A stretch of DNA of 64,000 bases, taken from the NCBI GenBank assembly GCA_030641715.1, contig DAOWGX010000018.1, positions 35,752 through 99,751 of the forward strand, in the 5' to 3' direction. The notes beneath the pieces are model-generated. The model was given only the letters and a program-made list of their open reading frames with translations. It did not search any database and was not told the origin of the DNA. Below, one piece after another: positions 35,365-44,212 of this stretch. A program made the position numbers and the translations under genes. This DNA comes from Nanobdellota archaeon (GTDB taxonomy: Archaea > Nanobdellota > Nanobdellia > Pacearchaeales > GW2011-AR1). Each line of letters starts with the position of its first letter. Position 1 is the stretch's first letter.

Positions 35365-35643
35365 AAGAATGAGATTAGTGCTGAGAAGTTAAGGAAGTAT
35401 TTTGATTTGACTGAGGAGGCGTTTGTCGAGGTGAAGAAGAATATTTTTGAGGGAAAGGAAGTTGAGGCGAAGGAGATTATTGAGATGGTTGGGAATTATG
35501 TTTCGGATGCGCATCATTTTGAGGCGAAGGGTGATTGGGTTAATGCTTTTGCGGCGTTGAATTATGCGCATGGTTGGTTGGATTGTGGGGTGAAGACGAG
35601 GGTTTTTGATGTTGGGGATGATAGGTTGTTTACTGTTTGTTGA
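35362..35643 (+). CDS. DUF357-family archaeal protein
   Basis: ..HHFEAKGDWVNAFAALNYAHGWLDCG.. matches the remembered DUF357 pattern. Confidence 0.6.
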   Translation: MKNEISAEKLRKYFDLTEEAFVEVKKNIFEGKEVEAKEIIEMVGNYVSDAHHFEAKGDWVNAFAALNYAHGWLDCGVKTRVFDVGDDRLFTVC

Positions 35644-35844
35644 TTCGATAGATATATAAATTGAGAGTGCTTTTTTAATTTATGGCGATAAGAAAGGAAG
35701 GTCCTGGGAAATGAATTTTGATAATACCGGTATAGCCTTATAAGGTTCCAAAATCTATATGAATCAAAATTACTTATTTGGTCTATGAATTTAAATAAAG
35801 ATGGTCCAGCTATTTGAGAAACCTATAGTAGGTTTTTGAAAATG

Positions 35845-35874
35845 GATTCAATAAATATATAAAGCTAAATTACT
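35845..35874 (+). repeat. orphan copy of the pyrH promoter region
   Basis: gattcaataaatatataaagctaaattact, 28/30 identical to 36414-36443. Confidence 0.8.
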
Positions 35875-35883
35875 TGTTTAATT

Positions 35884-36078
35884 TTAAAGAAGATTATTGC
35901 CTAGTTCGGATAGTTTTGCGGTCGGATACATCTTATCAAAATTAAAGCCATGTTCAATCAATCCAATAAGTGTAAATCTGTCTAGAACAGTTTTATCTGA
36001 TTCTTCAATTCTTTTTCTTGTTTTATACTTTGTTAAAACTTCTGTTTCGTATTTTTCAAAAATGGGTCTTTGCTTCAT
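35884..36078 (-). CDS. hypothetical 64-aa protein (cassette gene 2)
   Basis: ORF overlapping the upstream 92-aa ORF by 4 nt. Confidence 0.4.
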   Translation of the reverse strand: MKQRPIFEKYETEVLTKYKTRKRIEESDKTVLDRFTLIGLIEHGFNFDKMYPTAKLSELGNNLL

Positions 36079-36353
36079 ATTATTATTTCCTGTTTTAAAA
36101 TATACAATTGTTTTAATTTTATATCCAGTTCTCTCACGTACTCTCCATATAAGGAACTTTTCAAATTTTTTATCTTATCCGCATATTGTATTCTTATTTC
36201 ATCATAAGGTCTATTAAATTTTTTTTGGAGAACATTTTTTATTTCATCATTTAATACTCTACTCATATTTGCTTTACTCTCTTTAAATTCATGAATCGTT
36301 TCGTCTATTTCTGATTCGCGGGTAAGTAATTGTCTTAGGTCTTTTTTGCTCAT
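36075..36353 (-). CDS. hypothetical 92-aa protein (cassette gene 1)
   Basis: ORF; two-gene minus-strand unit bracketed by the 30-nt repeats. Confidence 0.4.
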   Translation of the reverse strand: MSKKDLRQLLTRESEIDETIHEFKESKANMSRVLNDEIKNVLQKKFNRPYDEIRIQYADKIKNLKSSLYGEYVRELDIKLKQLYILKQEIII

Positions 36354-36413
36354 TTGTTTTTAAGAACATCTTTGCTTATATGTTTTTCTAAGGGCTAATT
36401 TGGGAGGGTTATT

Positions 36414-36443
36414 GATTCAATAAATATATAAATCTAAATTGCT
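36414..36443 (+). promoter_or_regulatory. pyrH promoter (functional copy of the 30-nt repeat)
   Basis: TATA atatataaat (36424-36433) centred 25.5 nt upstream of ATG 36454. Confidence 0.6.
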
Positions 36444-36453
36444 CATTCAGTAT

Positions 36454-37137
36454 ATGGAAAAAGTTTGGGTGATTTCACTTGGTGGTTCGAGGATTGTTCC
36501 CGACGAGGTTGATGAGAAATTCCTCTTGAGATTTAAAAAGCTGATTGATTCGCATCCTTCTCATAAGTTTGTTGGTGTTACTGGGGGTGGTTCTACTGCT
36601 CGGAGGTATATTTCAGCGTTGAGGAAGCTGGGGAAGACGACGAAGTCGCAGTCTGTTTCGGGGATTGCGATTACGAGGCTTCATGCAGAATTTATGGCGA
36701 AGTTTTTTGGGAAGAGTGCGAATGAGGTTATTCCGAAGAGTATGAAGGATGTTAAGAATTTGCTTGGTAAGAACCAGATTGTTTTTTGCGGGGCTTTGAG
36801 GTATAGGGAGGGGAATACTTCGGATGGGACTTCTGCGAAAATTTCGGCTTATCTTGGGTGCCCTTTTGTGAATCTTACGAATGTGAAGGGGTTGTATACT
36901 TCTGATCCTGGGAAGGATAAGGGTGCGAAGTTTATTAAGGAGATAACGTGGAAGGATTTTGAGGAGATAACGAGGAAGATGAAATTTAAGGCGGGGCAGC
37001 ATTTTGTTCTCGATCAGTCTGCGGCGAAGGTGATTTTGAGGGAGAAGATTCCGACTTATATTGTTGGCTCTTTGGCGGCGATTGATAAGATTTTGAAGGG
37101 GAAGAAGGATTTCGGGGGGACGTTGATTTCGGGATGA
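36454..37137 (+). CDS. pyrH: UMP kinase (archaeal type)
   Basis: VISLGGS..VTGGGSTAR.. amino-acid-kinase fold typical of archaeal PyrH. Confidence 0.85.
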   Translation: MEKVWVISLGGSRIVPDEVDEKFLLRFKKLIDSHPSHKFVGVTGGGSTARRYISALRKLGKTTKSQSVSGIAITRLHAEFMAKFFGKSANEVIPKSMKDVKNLLGKNQIVFCGALRYREGNTSDGTSAKISAYLGCPFVNLTNVKGLYTSDPGKDKGAKFIKEITWKDFEEITRKMKFKAGQHFVLDQSAAKVILREKIPTYIVGSLAAIDKILKGKKDFGGTLISG

Positions 37138-37192
37138 AAGGTGATTTTATTTAAAACAGAACATTTATATATAAGTTTATATAGGAGTATAT

Positions 37193-37462
37193 ATGAGATT
37201 ATCTAATTTGAAAATAATTCATTATCCAAATTTGAAGACTATTTTAGCGATTGAAAAAGTTCTGAAGGATGCAGAGTTGGTGATTAGTCGGGAAGAAATT
37301 AAGAGACGGCTTCCGATGAAAATAATGCACCAGACTTTGAATTTGATACTTGATTATTTCGAAGAAAGAAATATGATTGTCGACGGGCATAAAGGGATTT
37401 TATGGATAAAAAACGATAGTCCTAAGTTAAGGGAAGCGATTAGAAAGGGGACTGAAATTTAA
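37193..37462 (+). CDS. putative antitoxin / small DNA-binding protein
   Basis: 89-aa ORF overlapping (TAATG) the downstream RelE/ParE-like gene. Confidence 0.4.
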   Translation: MRLSNLKIIHYPNLKTILAIEKVLKDAELVISREEIKRRLPMKIMHQTLNLILDYFEERNMIVDGHKGILWIKNDSPKLREAIRKGTEI

Positions 37463-37827
37463 TGAATAAAGAAGTAGAAATAATTTTGTCGGAAGAGGTG
37501 AGTAAGCAGTATGAAGAATTGAATAGGATTGTCGGCGAGGAAATAGAGAAAGGGGTTGAGTCTTCTTTTCACCAATCTCTTTTGAGGGCGATAAATCGAA
37601 TTAAGGAACTGTTAAGACAAAATCCTTTTTTGGGAAATCAGGTACATAAAAGATTGATTCCGAGAGAATACTTAAATAAGTATGGGGTGGATAATTTATG
37701 GAGAGTTGAGTTGCCGAATCGGTGGAGGCTATTGTATAGTGTGTATGGTGGGAAGCTAAAGATAACTAATTTCGTGTTGGATTTTTTTGACCACAAGAAA
37801 TATAATAAGCTATTCAAATATAATTAA
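37462..37827 (+). CDS. RelE/ParE-superfamily toxin-like protein
   Basis: ..NLWRVELPNRWRLLYSV..ILDFFDHKKY resembles the RelE/ParE core. Confidence 0.55.
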   Translation: MNKEVEIILSEEVSKQYEELNRIVGEEIEKGVESSFHQSLLRAINRIKELLRQNPFLGNQVHKRLIPREYLNKYGVDNLWRVELPNRWRLLYSVYGGKLKITNFVLDFFDHKKYNKLFKYN

Positions 37828-37828
37828 C

Positions 37829-38389
37829 ATGGAAGATATAAATTTATTTCGGAAGAAAGATTTTATTTTTTTAAAGAAGATAAAATCAAGGTCGGAGGTT
37901 TTGGAGAGAGATGATTGTGATGGATATTTGATTGAGGCTTCGGAGAGTGAGGTGAGGAAAATTATTGCATCTCTTAAAGGTAAAAATAAAATTATTGCGG
38001 TTGTTGGTGGTGATAATGTGTTTAATCGTCGGGCTGTTGAAACATTGAAAATAGATTATTTGGTTTCTCCTGAGCGAGGTTTGAAAAAAGATAGCTTGAA
38101 GCAGAGGGACTCCGGGTTGAATCATGTTGTGGCGAAGGAAGTAGCGAAGAGAGGAGTGGTTATTGTTATTGATTTTGGTGAGGTGTCGAGGCTGGTTGGG
38201 AAGGCGAAGGCGTTGCGGTTGGAGAGGATTATTCAGAATATTAAGGTTTGTCGGAAGGCGAAGTGTTTGATTAAGATTGCGAGTTTTGCTGAGACGAAAA
38301 AAAATGTTGTTGATGAGAAGGGTTTGAGTTCTTTTGGAATTAGTCTTGGGATGTCGAGTGAGCAGGGTCGGGATGCGGTTCGGTTTTGA
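37829..38389 (+). CDS. rnp3: RNase P protein component 3 (Rpp30-like)
   Basis: TIM-barrel-like pattern ..NRRAVE..IDYLVSPE..DSGLNHVVAKEVAKRGVVI..; assignment from memory. Confidence 0.6.
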   Translation: MEDINLFRKKDFIFLKKIKSRSEVLERDDCDGYLIEASESEVRKIIASLKGKNKIIAVVGGDNVFNRRAVETLKIDYLVSPERGLKKDSLKQRDSGLNHVVAKEVAKRGVVIVIDFGEVSRLVGKAKALRLERIIQNIKVCRKAKCLIKIASFAETKKNVVDEKGLSSFGISLGMSSEQGRDAVRF

Positions 38390-38427
38390 TTCACTAAACC
38401 TTAAAAAGATAAAATCTATGAACTATT

Positions 38428-39966
38428 ATGGATGAAAAATTGCTCGTGAAGTTTTTGTCTCCGATTGAAAGGGCGACGCTTCCTAAGTTGGGTCTAGATT
38501 TCTCCGATTTGGAGGATGTTGCAAAGAAGACCTCTCAGGATAGGACGACGGTGCTTAGGGCGGTTGGGTTTTTGAAGAATAAGGGTTTGATTGAAATGGA
38601 GAGTTCTGAGAAGGAAGTTGTTAGTTTGGGGATTCTGGGGATTTATTATTTGAGGAAGGCTTTGCCGGAGAGGGTGCTTTTGAATAAGCTTGTGGAAAAG
38701 AAGGCGATTTTGATTAGTGAGATTAGGAATGTTTGCGGGTTGAATGATAATGAGGCGAAGATTGCGTTGGGGACGTTGAAGAGGAAAGCACTTGTGAGTA
38801 TTGCTAGTGGGAAGTTGAGTCTTAGTGCGAAGCCGACCGAGGTTACGAATAAGATGCTTGAGGAGTTATTTCTTGAGAAGTTGCCGCTTGAACTTGATTT
38901 GTTGGAGGCGCAGGATAAGTTGGCGTTGCAGAATCTGAAGTCGCGGAAAGATATTGTTAGTGTTGAGAATCAAAAGAAGATTGGTGTTAGGTTGACTAAG
39001 TTGGGTGAGAAGATTTCGTCGATGAATTTGAGGAAGGATTTGGTTGAGCAGTTGACTCCGAAAATGATAAAGCAGAATAGTTGGAAGGGGAAGGAGTTTA
39101 GGAGGTACGATTTGTCGTTGCCGGTTCCGAAGGTTTACGGGGGGAAGAGGCATTTTGTGAATCAGGCGATTGATTATGCGAAGTCTATTTGGTTGGAGAT
39201 GGGGTTTAAGGAGATGACTGGGAGCAAGATTGATACGGGTTTTTGGGTTTTTGATACGTTGTTTACTGCGCAGGATCATCCGGTGAGGGAGATGCAGGAT
39301 ACGTTTTATCTTAAGGGTATGGAAGGGAAGTTGCCGACGAGGTGTAAGAAAAAAGAGGATTGTATTTTGTTTAAGACGCAACAGTCGCATGAGGGGGGAA
39401 TTGATGGGAGTAAAGGTTGGCAGTATAAATGGGATGAGGAGAGCGCGAAGAAGGTTTTGATGAGAACGCATACGACGTCGCTGTCGGCGAGAAAGCTTCG
39501 GGAGATTAGGGATACGAAGGAATTTCCTGCGAAGTATTTTGCGATTGGGAAGTGTTTTCGGAATGAGACTGTTGATTGGTCGCATGGGTTTGAGTTCAAT
39601 CAGACTGAGGGGATTGTCGTCGATGAGAATGCGAATTTCAGGCAGTTGCTTGGGTATTTGATTCAGTTTTATAAGAAGATGGGGTACGAGAAGATTAGAA
39701 TTAGACCTGCGTATTTTGCGTATACCGAGCCGTCGTTGGAGGTTGATGTTTTTCATCCGGTGCATAAGAAATGGGTCGAGCTTGGGGGCGCGGGGATGTT
39801 TCGACCAGAGGTTACGATTCCGATGTTTGGGAGGCACGTTCCGGTTTTGGCGTGGGGGCAAGGATTTGACAGGATTATTACGGAGTTTTTTGGGATTAAT
39901 GATTTGCGGGAAGTTTACAAGAATGATATAAATAAATTGAGAGAGATGAAGTTTTGGAGGAAATGA
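38428..39966 (+). CDS. pheS: phenylalanine--tRNA ligase alpha subunit
   Basis: HPVREMQDTFY, FRNETVDWSHGFEFNQTEG class II motifs; archaeal/eukaryal length. Confidence 0.93.
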   Translation: MDEKLLVKFLSPIERATLPKLGLDFSDLEDVAKKTSQDRTTVLRAVGFLKNKGLIEMESSEKEVVSLGILGIYYLRKALPERVLLNKLVEKKAILISEIRNVCGLNDNEAKIALGTLKRKALVSIASGKLSLSAKPTEVTNKMLEELFLEKLPLELDLLEAQDKLALQNLKSRKDIVSVENQKKIGVRLTKLGEKISSMNLRKDLVEQLTPKMIKQNSWKGKEFRRYDLSLPVPKVYGGKRHFVNQAIDYAKSIWLEMGFKEMTGSKIDTGFWVFDTLFTAQDHPVREMQDTFYLKGMEGKLPTRCKKKEDCILFKTQQSHEGGIDGSKGWQYKWDEESAKKVLMRTHTTSLSARKLREIRDTKEFPAKYFAIGKCFRNETVDWSHGFEFNQTEGIVVDENANFRQLLGYLIQFYKKMGYEKIRIRPAYFAYTEPSLEVDVFHPVHKKWVELGGAGMFRPEVTIPMFGRHVPVLAWGQGFDRIITEFFGINDLREVYKNDINKLREMKFWRK

Positions 39967-39978
39967 AATTTGTATAAA

Positions 39979-40812
39979 ATGAAAACATTGTCGATAAAAC
40001 AACCGTGGGCAGAACTAATTTTACAAGGAAGAAAAAAAATAGAAATTAGAAAGTGGAACACTAATTTTAGAGGAGAATTTTTAATCCATAGTTCACAAAT
40101 TCCAGATAAAGAATCTATGGAAAAATTTGGATTTAGGAACCTTCCTCTTGGGTTTATTGTTGGAAAGGTAAAATTGATTAATGTAAAAATATATGAGAAT
40201 GATGAAGAGTTTTTAGGGGATGAGAATTTGCATTTAGCGGGAAAAGGATGGGGAAACAAAGGATTTATATTAAAGGACCCTCAAAGGATAAAGAAAATTA
40301 AAGCCAAAGGGAATCTTGGTTTTTGGGAATTTGGTGAAAAAACAACCCTAGAACAACAGGTAAAATTAGCAAGTTCTTCTGAAGAGATTGTAGAAATCTA
40401 TAAATATATCAAACCATTTAATCTGGATTATCCTGATTATGACGAGTGGGTTGAGAAATGTAAAAAAGAATTAGAATCCGATTATAAAAAAGCCTATTAT
40501 GTTAAAAAAGGTTCTGATATATCAGGGGTTATTATCTTTCAACCATATAAAAAGGGAGGAGATATGTTAGAAATAAAAAATTTTAGGGTTTCTTTAGCAG
40601 ATAAAAAAGAAGGTATTGGATCATTGTTATATAATTCATTAGAACTGTATGCTAAAAAACAAAATTTTAAAATAATCCAAGTAGATACCCATAGTGATGG
40701 GATGGTTGAGTTTCTTTTAAAGAAAGGTTTCAATATTATCAAAAAAGAAACATTATATTCTCCTTCACAAATGGAAACGATTTTGCAAAAAAATATTGGA
40801 GATAAAAAATGA
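39979..40812 (+). CDS. ASCH domain - GNAT acetyltransferase fusion protein
   Basis: N-terminal MKTLSIKQPWAELILQGRKKIEIR (ASCH); C-terminal IKNFRVSLADKKEGIGSLLYN..LLKKGF (GNAT motif A). Confidence 0.7.
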   Translation: MKTLSIKQPWAELILQGRKKIEIRKWNTNFRGEFLIHSSQIPDKESMEKFGFRNLPLGFIVGKVKLINVKIYENDEEFLGDENLHLAGKGWGNKGFILKDPQRIKKIKAKGNLGFWEFGEKTTLEQQVKLASSSEEIVEIYKYIKPFNLDYPDYDEWVEKCKKELESDYKKAYYVKKGSDISGVIIFQPYKKGGDMLEIKNFRVSLADKKEGIGSLLYNSLELYAKKQNFKIIQVDTHSDGMVEFLLKKGFNIIKKETLYSPSQMETILQKNIGDKK

Positions 40813-41243
40813 CAAGATTAACTATTAGGAAGGTTGGGAAAAAGAAAGAGAAGGTTTTGGAGAAAATTGTAAAAATGAAAGTTAAAATTGAAAGTATAAA
40901 TAAGGGTCCTTTTAGAAGTAAGTTTACTTTTGGAAAGAGTTGGGAGGTTGTCGATGCTATTGATAATATCTTGGAAAAAGTAGGGCTTCTTGATACTCAG
41001 AGTCATGGATTAAGGGATGAAATAATATATGGTTGTGAACCTGGACCTCAGATAGAGATTAGTAAGTTTGTTGATGAAGTTTATAATCTAGGAATGTATG
41101 ATTTAGAGAATGGAGTTTATTTTATCGATGTCTTTTTAGGGAGAAAAAAAATAATTTTAATTGTAAGGACAAAGGAAGATAAACAAAAGGAAATTTCTGA
41201 AGCTGTGTTTGAATTTGCGGATTTTGAGGGAGAGTTAATGTGA
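40809..41243 (+). CDS. hypothetical protein
   Basis: 144-aa ORF; its stop TGA lies inside the first pheT-start remnant (aatGTGAcaatact). Confidence 0.4.
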   Translation: MTRLTIRKVGKKKEKVLEKIVKMKVKIESINKGPFRSKFTFGKSWEVVDAIDNILEKVGLLDTQSHGLRDEIIYGCEPGPQIEISKFVDEVYNLGMYDLENGVYFIDVFLGRKKIILIVRTKEDKQKEISEAVFEFADFEGELM

Positions 41244-41295
41244 CAATACTAACATTAAATAAAAAAGAATTGGAAAAGAAAGTTGGAAAGATTAC
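41240..41295 (+). repeat. remnant copy 1 of the pheT 5' end
   Basis: 49/55 nt identical to 42445-42499; start codon changed ATG to GTG; would encode VTILTLNKKELEKKVGKIT.. Confidence 0.9.
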
Positions 41296-41349
41296 TACAT
41301 TTAAGTTGCTAGATGATTTTTACCTTTATGAAATCATGAAAGGAGGTAG

Positions 41350-41359
41350 GTTTAAATAT
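41350..41359 (+). promoter_or_regulatory. TATA box of the RelE-type TA operon
   Basis: gtttaaatat centred 25.5 nt upstream of ATG 41380. Confidence 0.5.
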
Positions 41360-41379
41360 CTTTAAGACATTGATAAAAA

Positions 41380-41577
41380 ATGGAACAAGTAACTCTCGAG
41401 AGTGTTAATAGGAATGTTATAGCTTTGCGTGAAGCTGTCGAAAAAATGAGAGAGGTTTTGTTGGAGGATAGTTTGGAGCTTAGTGATGAAGTGGTCGAGG
41501 AGATTGAGAGGTCGCGAAGTGCACCTAAAAGTGATTTTATTTCTCAGGAAGATGTTGAGGCTGAATTTCTTAAATGA
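41380..41577 (+). CDS. putative antitoxin
   Basis: 65-aa acidic ORF overlapping the RelE-like gene by 4 nt. Confidence 0.5.
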   Translation: MEQVTLESVNRNVIALREAVEKMREVLLEDSLELSDEVVEEIERSRSAPKSDFISQEDVEAEFLK

Positions 41578-41828
41578 TGATTAGAATTGTTTGGTATAAG
41601 GAAGCACTTGATTTTTTAAAAAAGTTAGATAATAATATTTCTGAAAGGATTGTGAAAAAGATAAAGGATGTAAGATTAAATCTTGAGAGATATGTTTTTT
41701 CTCTGGTGGATATGGGTGTATCAAAAATTAGGGTCGGAGATTATAGGCTTTTTGTAAATTATTATCAAGAGAATGAGGAGCTTGTTATTCATTCAATTAA
41801 ACATAGGAAAAACGCTTATAAAAAATGA
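41574..41828 (+). CDS. RelE/ParE-family toxin
   Basis: ..IRVGDYRLFVNY..VIHSIKHRKNAY typical RelE/ParE C-terminus; stop TGA lies in pheT-start remnant 2. Confidence 0.7.
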   Translation: MMIRIVWYKEALDFLKKLDNNISERIVKKIKDVRLNLERYVFSLVDMGVSKIRVGDYRLFVNYYQENEELVIHSIKHRKNAYKK

Positions 41829-41856
41829 CGATACTTGCTGTTGATAAAAAAGAATT
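41825..41856 (+). repeat. remnant copy 2 of the pheT 5' end
   Basis: ATGACGATACTTGCTGTTGATAAAAAAGAATT, 27/31 identical to 42444-42474. Confidence 0.8.
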
Positions 41857-41880
41857 AAATTTGATGAAGCCTTGGAGGGA

Positions 41881-42447
41881 ATGATGGAAATTGAAGCTGT
41901 ATTATTTGATATTGGGGGGGTTTTGTTGGAGGATCCTAGGCTTGGGGATTTTTGGAAAGGGAGTGATGAATCCAGGATCTTAAGGGAAAGATTTGGGACA
42001 GGTAAGATTTCTGAAGAAGATTTTGTTAAGGAAGGTTCTAAAATTTTGGATGTTTCTCCAGAAGAATTTAGGGAGGGTTATGAGGATGCTTATTCTGTTG
42101 GGGCTATTGAGGATTCCTTAAGAGTTTATGATTCTGTGAATGTGCCGAGGTATATATTTTCTGATACAAATCCTATTCATGCTAAGTATATCTGGGAAAG
42201 ATTTAAACCTATGTTTGAGAAATCAAAAGGAATTTATTTTTCTTATGAGATTGGCATTCGGAAGAGTGATCCCGAGAGTTTTAAGATTGCTCTTAAGGGG
42301 ATGGATGTGCCTGCAGGGTCGGTGCTCTTTATTGATAATAAATTGGCTTTATTGGATGTTGCGAAGTCTGTTGGGATGAAGGCGTTGCTATATCGAAATT
42401 CGGAACAGTTGAGGATGGATTTAGAAGAAAGGGGGTTGATTAAATGA
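41881..42447 (+). CDS. HAD-superfamily hydrolase
   Basis: motif I AVLFDIGGVLL; ..LFIDNK.. motif-IV-like; ATGA overlap with pheT. Confidence 0.7.
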   Translation: MMEIEAVLFDIGGVLLEDPRLGDFWKGSDESRILRERFGTGKISEEDFVKEGSKILDVSPEEFREGYEDAYSVGAIEDSLRVYDSVNVPRYIFSDTNPIHAKYIWERFKPMFEKSKGIYFSYEIGIRKSDPESFKIALKGMDVPAGSVLFIDNKLALLDVAKSVGMKALLYRNSEQLRMDLEERGLIK

Positions 42448-44153
42448 CAATACTTACTGTTAATAGAAAAGAATTGGAAAAGAAAGTTGGGAAGATTACG
42501 GAGGGGATGGAAGATAAGATTACTGAAATGGGGACGCCGATTGAAGAAGTTACCGAGGACGAATTGTCGGTTGAGGTTTTTCCGAACAGGCCGGATTTGT
42601 TGTCGCTTGGAAATTTTGCTAGAGCTGTTAATCAGTTTAATGGCAAGGGAAAGATTGCGAATTTTAAAGTCAATAAGCCGGAGAAGGATTATGTTGTTAC
42701 GATTGATAGTTCTGTGAAGGTTGTTAGACCTCATACTGTTTGTGCGATTGTAAAGGGTTTGAAGTTTACCGACGAGAAGATTAAGGAGATAGTTGATATT
42801 CAGGAGAAGTTGCATAATTCTATTGGGAGGAAGAGGAAAAAGTTGGCGATTGGGATTTACCCTCTTGACAAGATTGCGTTGCCGATTCGGTTCGTGGCGA
42901 AAAAACCGGAGGAGATAAAATTTTTGCCGTTGGAAGCTAGTCGGGAGATGACTGGAATGCAGATTCTTCGAGGGCATCCGGCAGGGAGGGAGTATGCACA
43001 TTTGCTCGAGAGTGAGAACGTTTTTCCGATTTTTGTCGATGCTGAGGATAAGGTTTTGAGTATGCCACCAATTATTAATTCTCATGAGACTGGAAGGATT
43101 GACGAAAAGACGCGTGAGATTTTTATTGAGTGTTCGGGGCATAATTTGGCTTATTTGAAAAAGTGTTTGAATATTATTCTTGCTACGATTTATGAGATGG
43201 GTGGCAAGATTTATGAGATGAATATTAGGGATTCGAGAGATGGGAATTTTGTTTCTCCGAATATGACTTGTGAGGAATTGAGTTTTGAAATTAAAAATAT
43301 CGAGAGGACACTAGGTATAAAACTGGGTGAGAAGGATGTTAGGAGTTATTTGGGTCGGATGGGTATTGGTTATGAAAATCGGGCACGTAATAGTGTACCT
43401 TCTAAATTAGGAAATAGATTTCCATCTTCATCGGGCAAGGGGAAGTCGGTTGCATTGATCCCTGCTTATCGGGCAGACATTTTGCATTGGATTGATTTGA
43501 CGGAGGAGATTGCGATTGCTTATGGTTACGAAAATTTTGAACCTGAGATTCCAGATATTTCGACGATTGCGTTTGAAGATTCTGTCGGGAAGACGAAGCG
43601 GATTATTGGAGAAATTCTTGCAGGGCTTGGGTTTTTAGAGACGTCGTCATTTCATTTGACGACGAAGAAAGATGTCAGGAAGATGCATTTTGATTATAAT
43701 GATTTTATTGAAGTCGAGGATTCGAAGACGGGGCGGGATGTTCTTCGGATGGATATGTTGACGAATCTTTTGCAGATTTTGTCGGAGAATTCAGATGCAG
43801 GGTATCCTCAGAAGATTTTTGAAATGGGTCAGGTTTTTTCGAGAAGTGGTTCGGAAAATTCAGGGACTGGTGTCGATGAGATTGAGAGGTTGGCTGTTGT
43901 GTTGATTAATGAGAAGGCGAATTTTACTGAATTGAAACAGGCTGTTGATTATTTGTTTAAGATGCTTGGGAAAGAGTATGCTCTTGAGAATGTTGAGAAT
44001 TCAAATTATATTATTGGACGGTGCGGGAAGGTTGTTGTCTACGGGAAGAGTGTTGGATTTATCGGTGAAGTTGCTCCGAGAGTTTTGAAGAATTGGAAAA
44101 TTAAAATGCCGACGGTTGCGATGGAAATTGATTTGGGGTTTTTGTTTCAATAA
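42444..44153 (+). CDS. pheT: phenylalanine--tRNA ligase beta subunit
   Basis: archaeal PheT B3_4/B5 architecture (FPNRPDLLS, RPHTVCAIV, PPIINSHETG). Confidence 0.93.
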   Translation: MTILTVNRKELEKKVGKITEGMEDKITEMGTPIEEVTEDELSVEVFPNRPDLLSLGNFARAVNQFNGKGKIANFKVNKPEKDYVVTIDSSVKVVRPHTVCAIVKGLKFTDEKIKEIVDIQEKLHNSIGRKRKKLAIGIYPLDKIALPIRFVAKKPEEIKFLPLEASREMTGMQILRGHPAGREYAHLLESENVFPIFVDAEDKVLSMPPIINSHETGRIDEKTREIFIECSGHNLAYLKKCLNIILATIYEMGGKIYEMNIRDSRDGNFVSPNMTCEELSFEIKNIERTLGIKLGEKDVRSYLGRMGIGYENRARNSVPSKLGNRFPSSSGKGKSVALIPAYRADILHWIDLTEEIAIAYGYENFEPEIPDISTIAFEDSVGKTKRIIGEILAGLGFLETSSFHLTTKKDVRKMHFDYNDFIEVEDSKTGRDVLRMDMLTNLLQILSENSDAGYPQKIFEMGQVFSRSGSENSGTGVDEIERLAVVLINEKANFTELKQAVDYLFKMLGKEYALENVENSNYIIGRCGKVVVYGKSVGFIGEVAPRVLKNWKIKMPTVAMEIDLGFLFQ

Positions 44154-44212
44154 ACTTATAAACTTCTTAGCTTAGTTAAGTAAATGATACATAGAATATC
44201 TGAAGTAGGTTT

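Noticed and set aside
38866-40002. Long antisense ORFs opposite real genes: 378 aa opposite pheS, and others at 42243-43142, 29255-29794, 33234-33746, 36613-37002, 51468-51950, 57008-57556, 23423-23975, 44156-44502 and 61585-62046
   Set aside because: They lie opposite confidently identified genes. Their translations are low-complexity Pro/Arg/Leu/Asn strings, the mirror image of the purine-rich (GAR/AAR/GGN) sense codons that leave the reverse strand free of stops. None has a well-spaced TATA or a recognisable motif.
39979-40002. The ASCH gene start (MKTLSIKQ) looks like a fourth copy of the pheT start (MTILTVNRK)
   Set aside because: The resemblance exists only at the amino-acid level. Nucleotide identity is low, and M..LSIKQPW is the normal conserved ASCH N-terminus.
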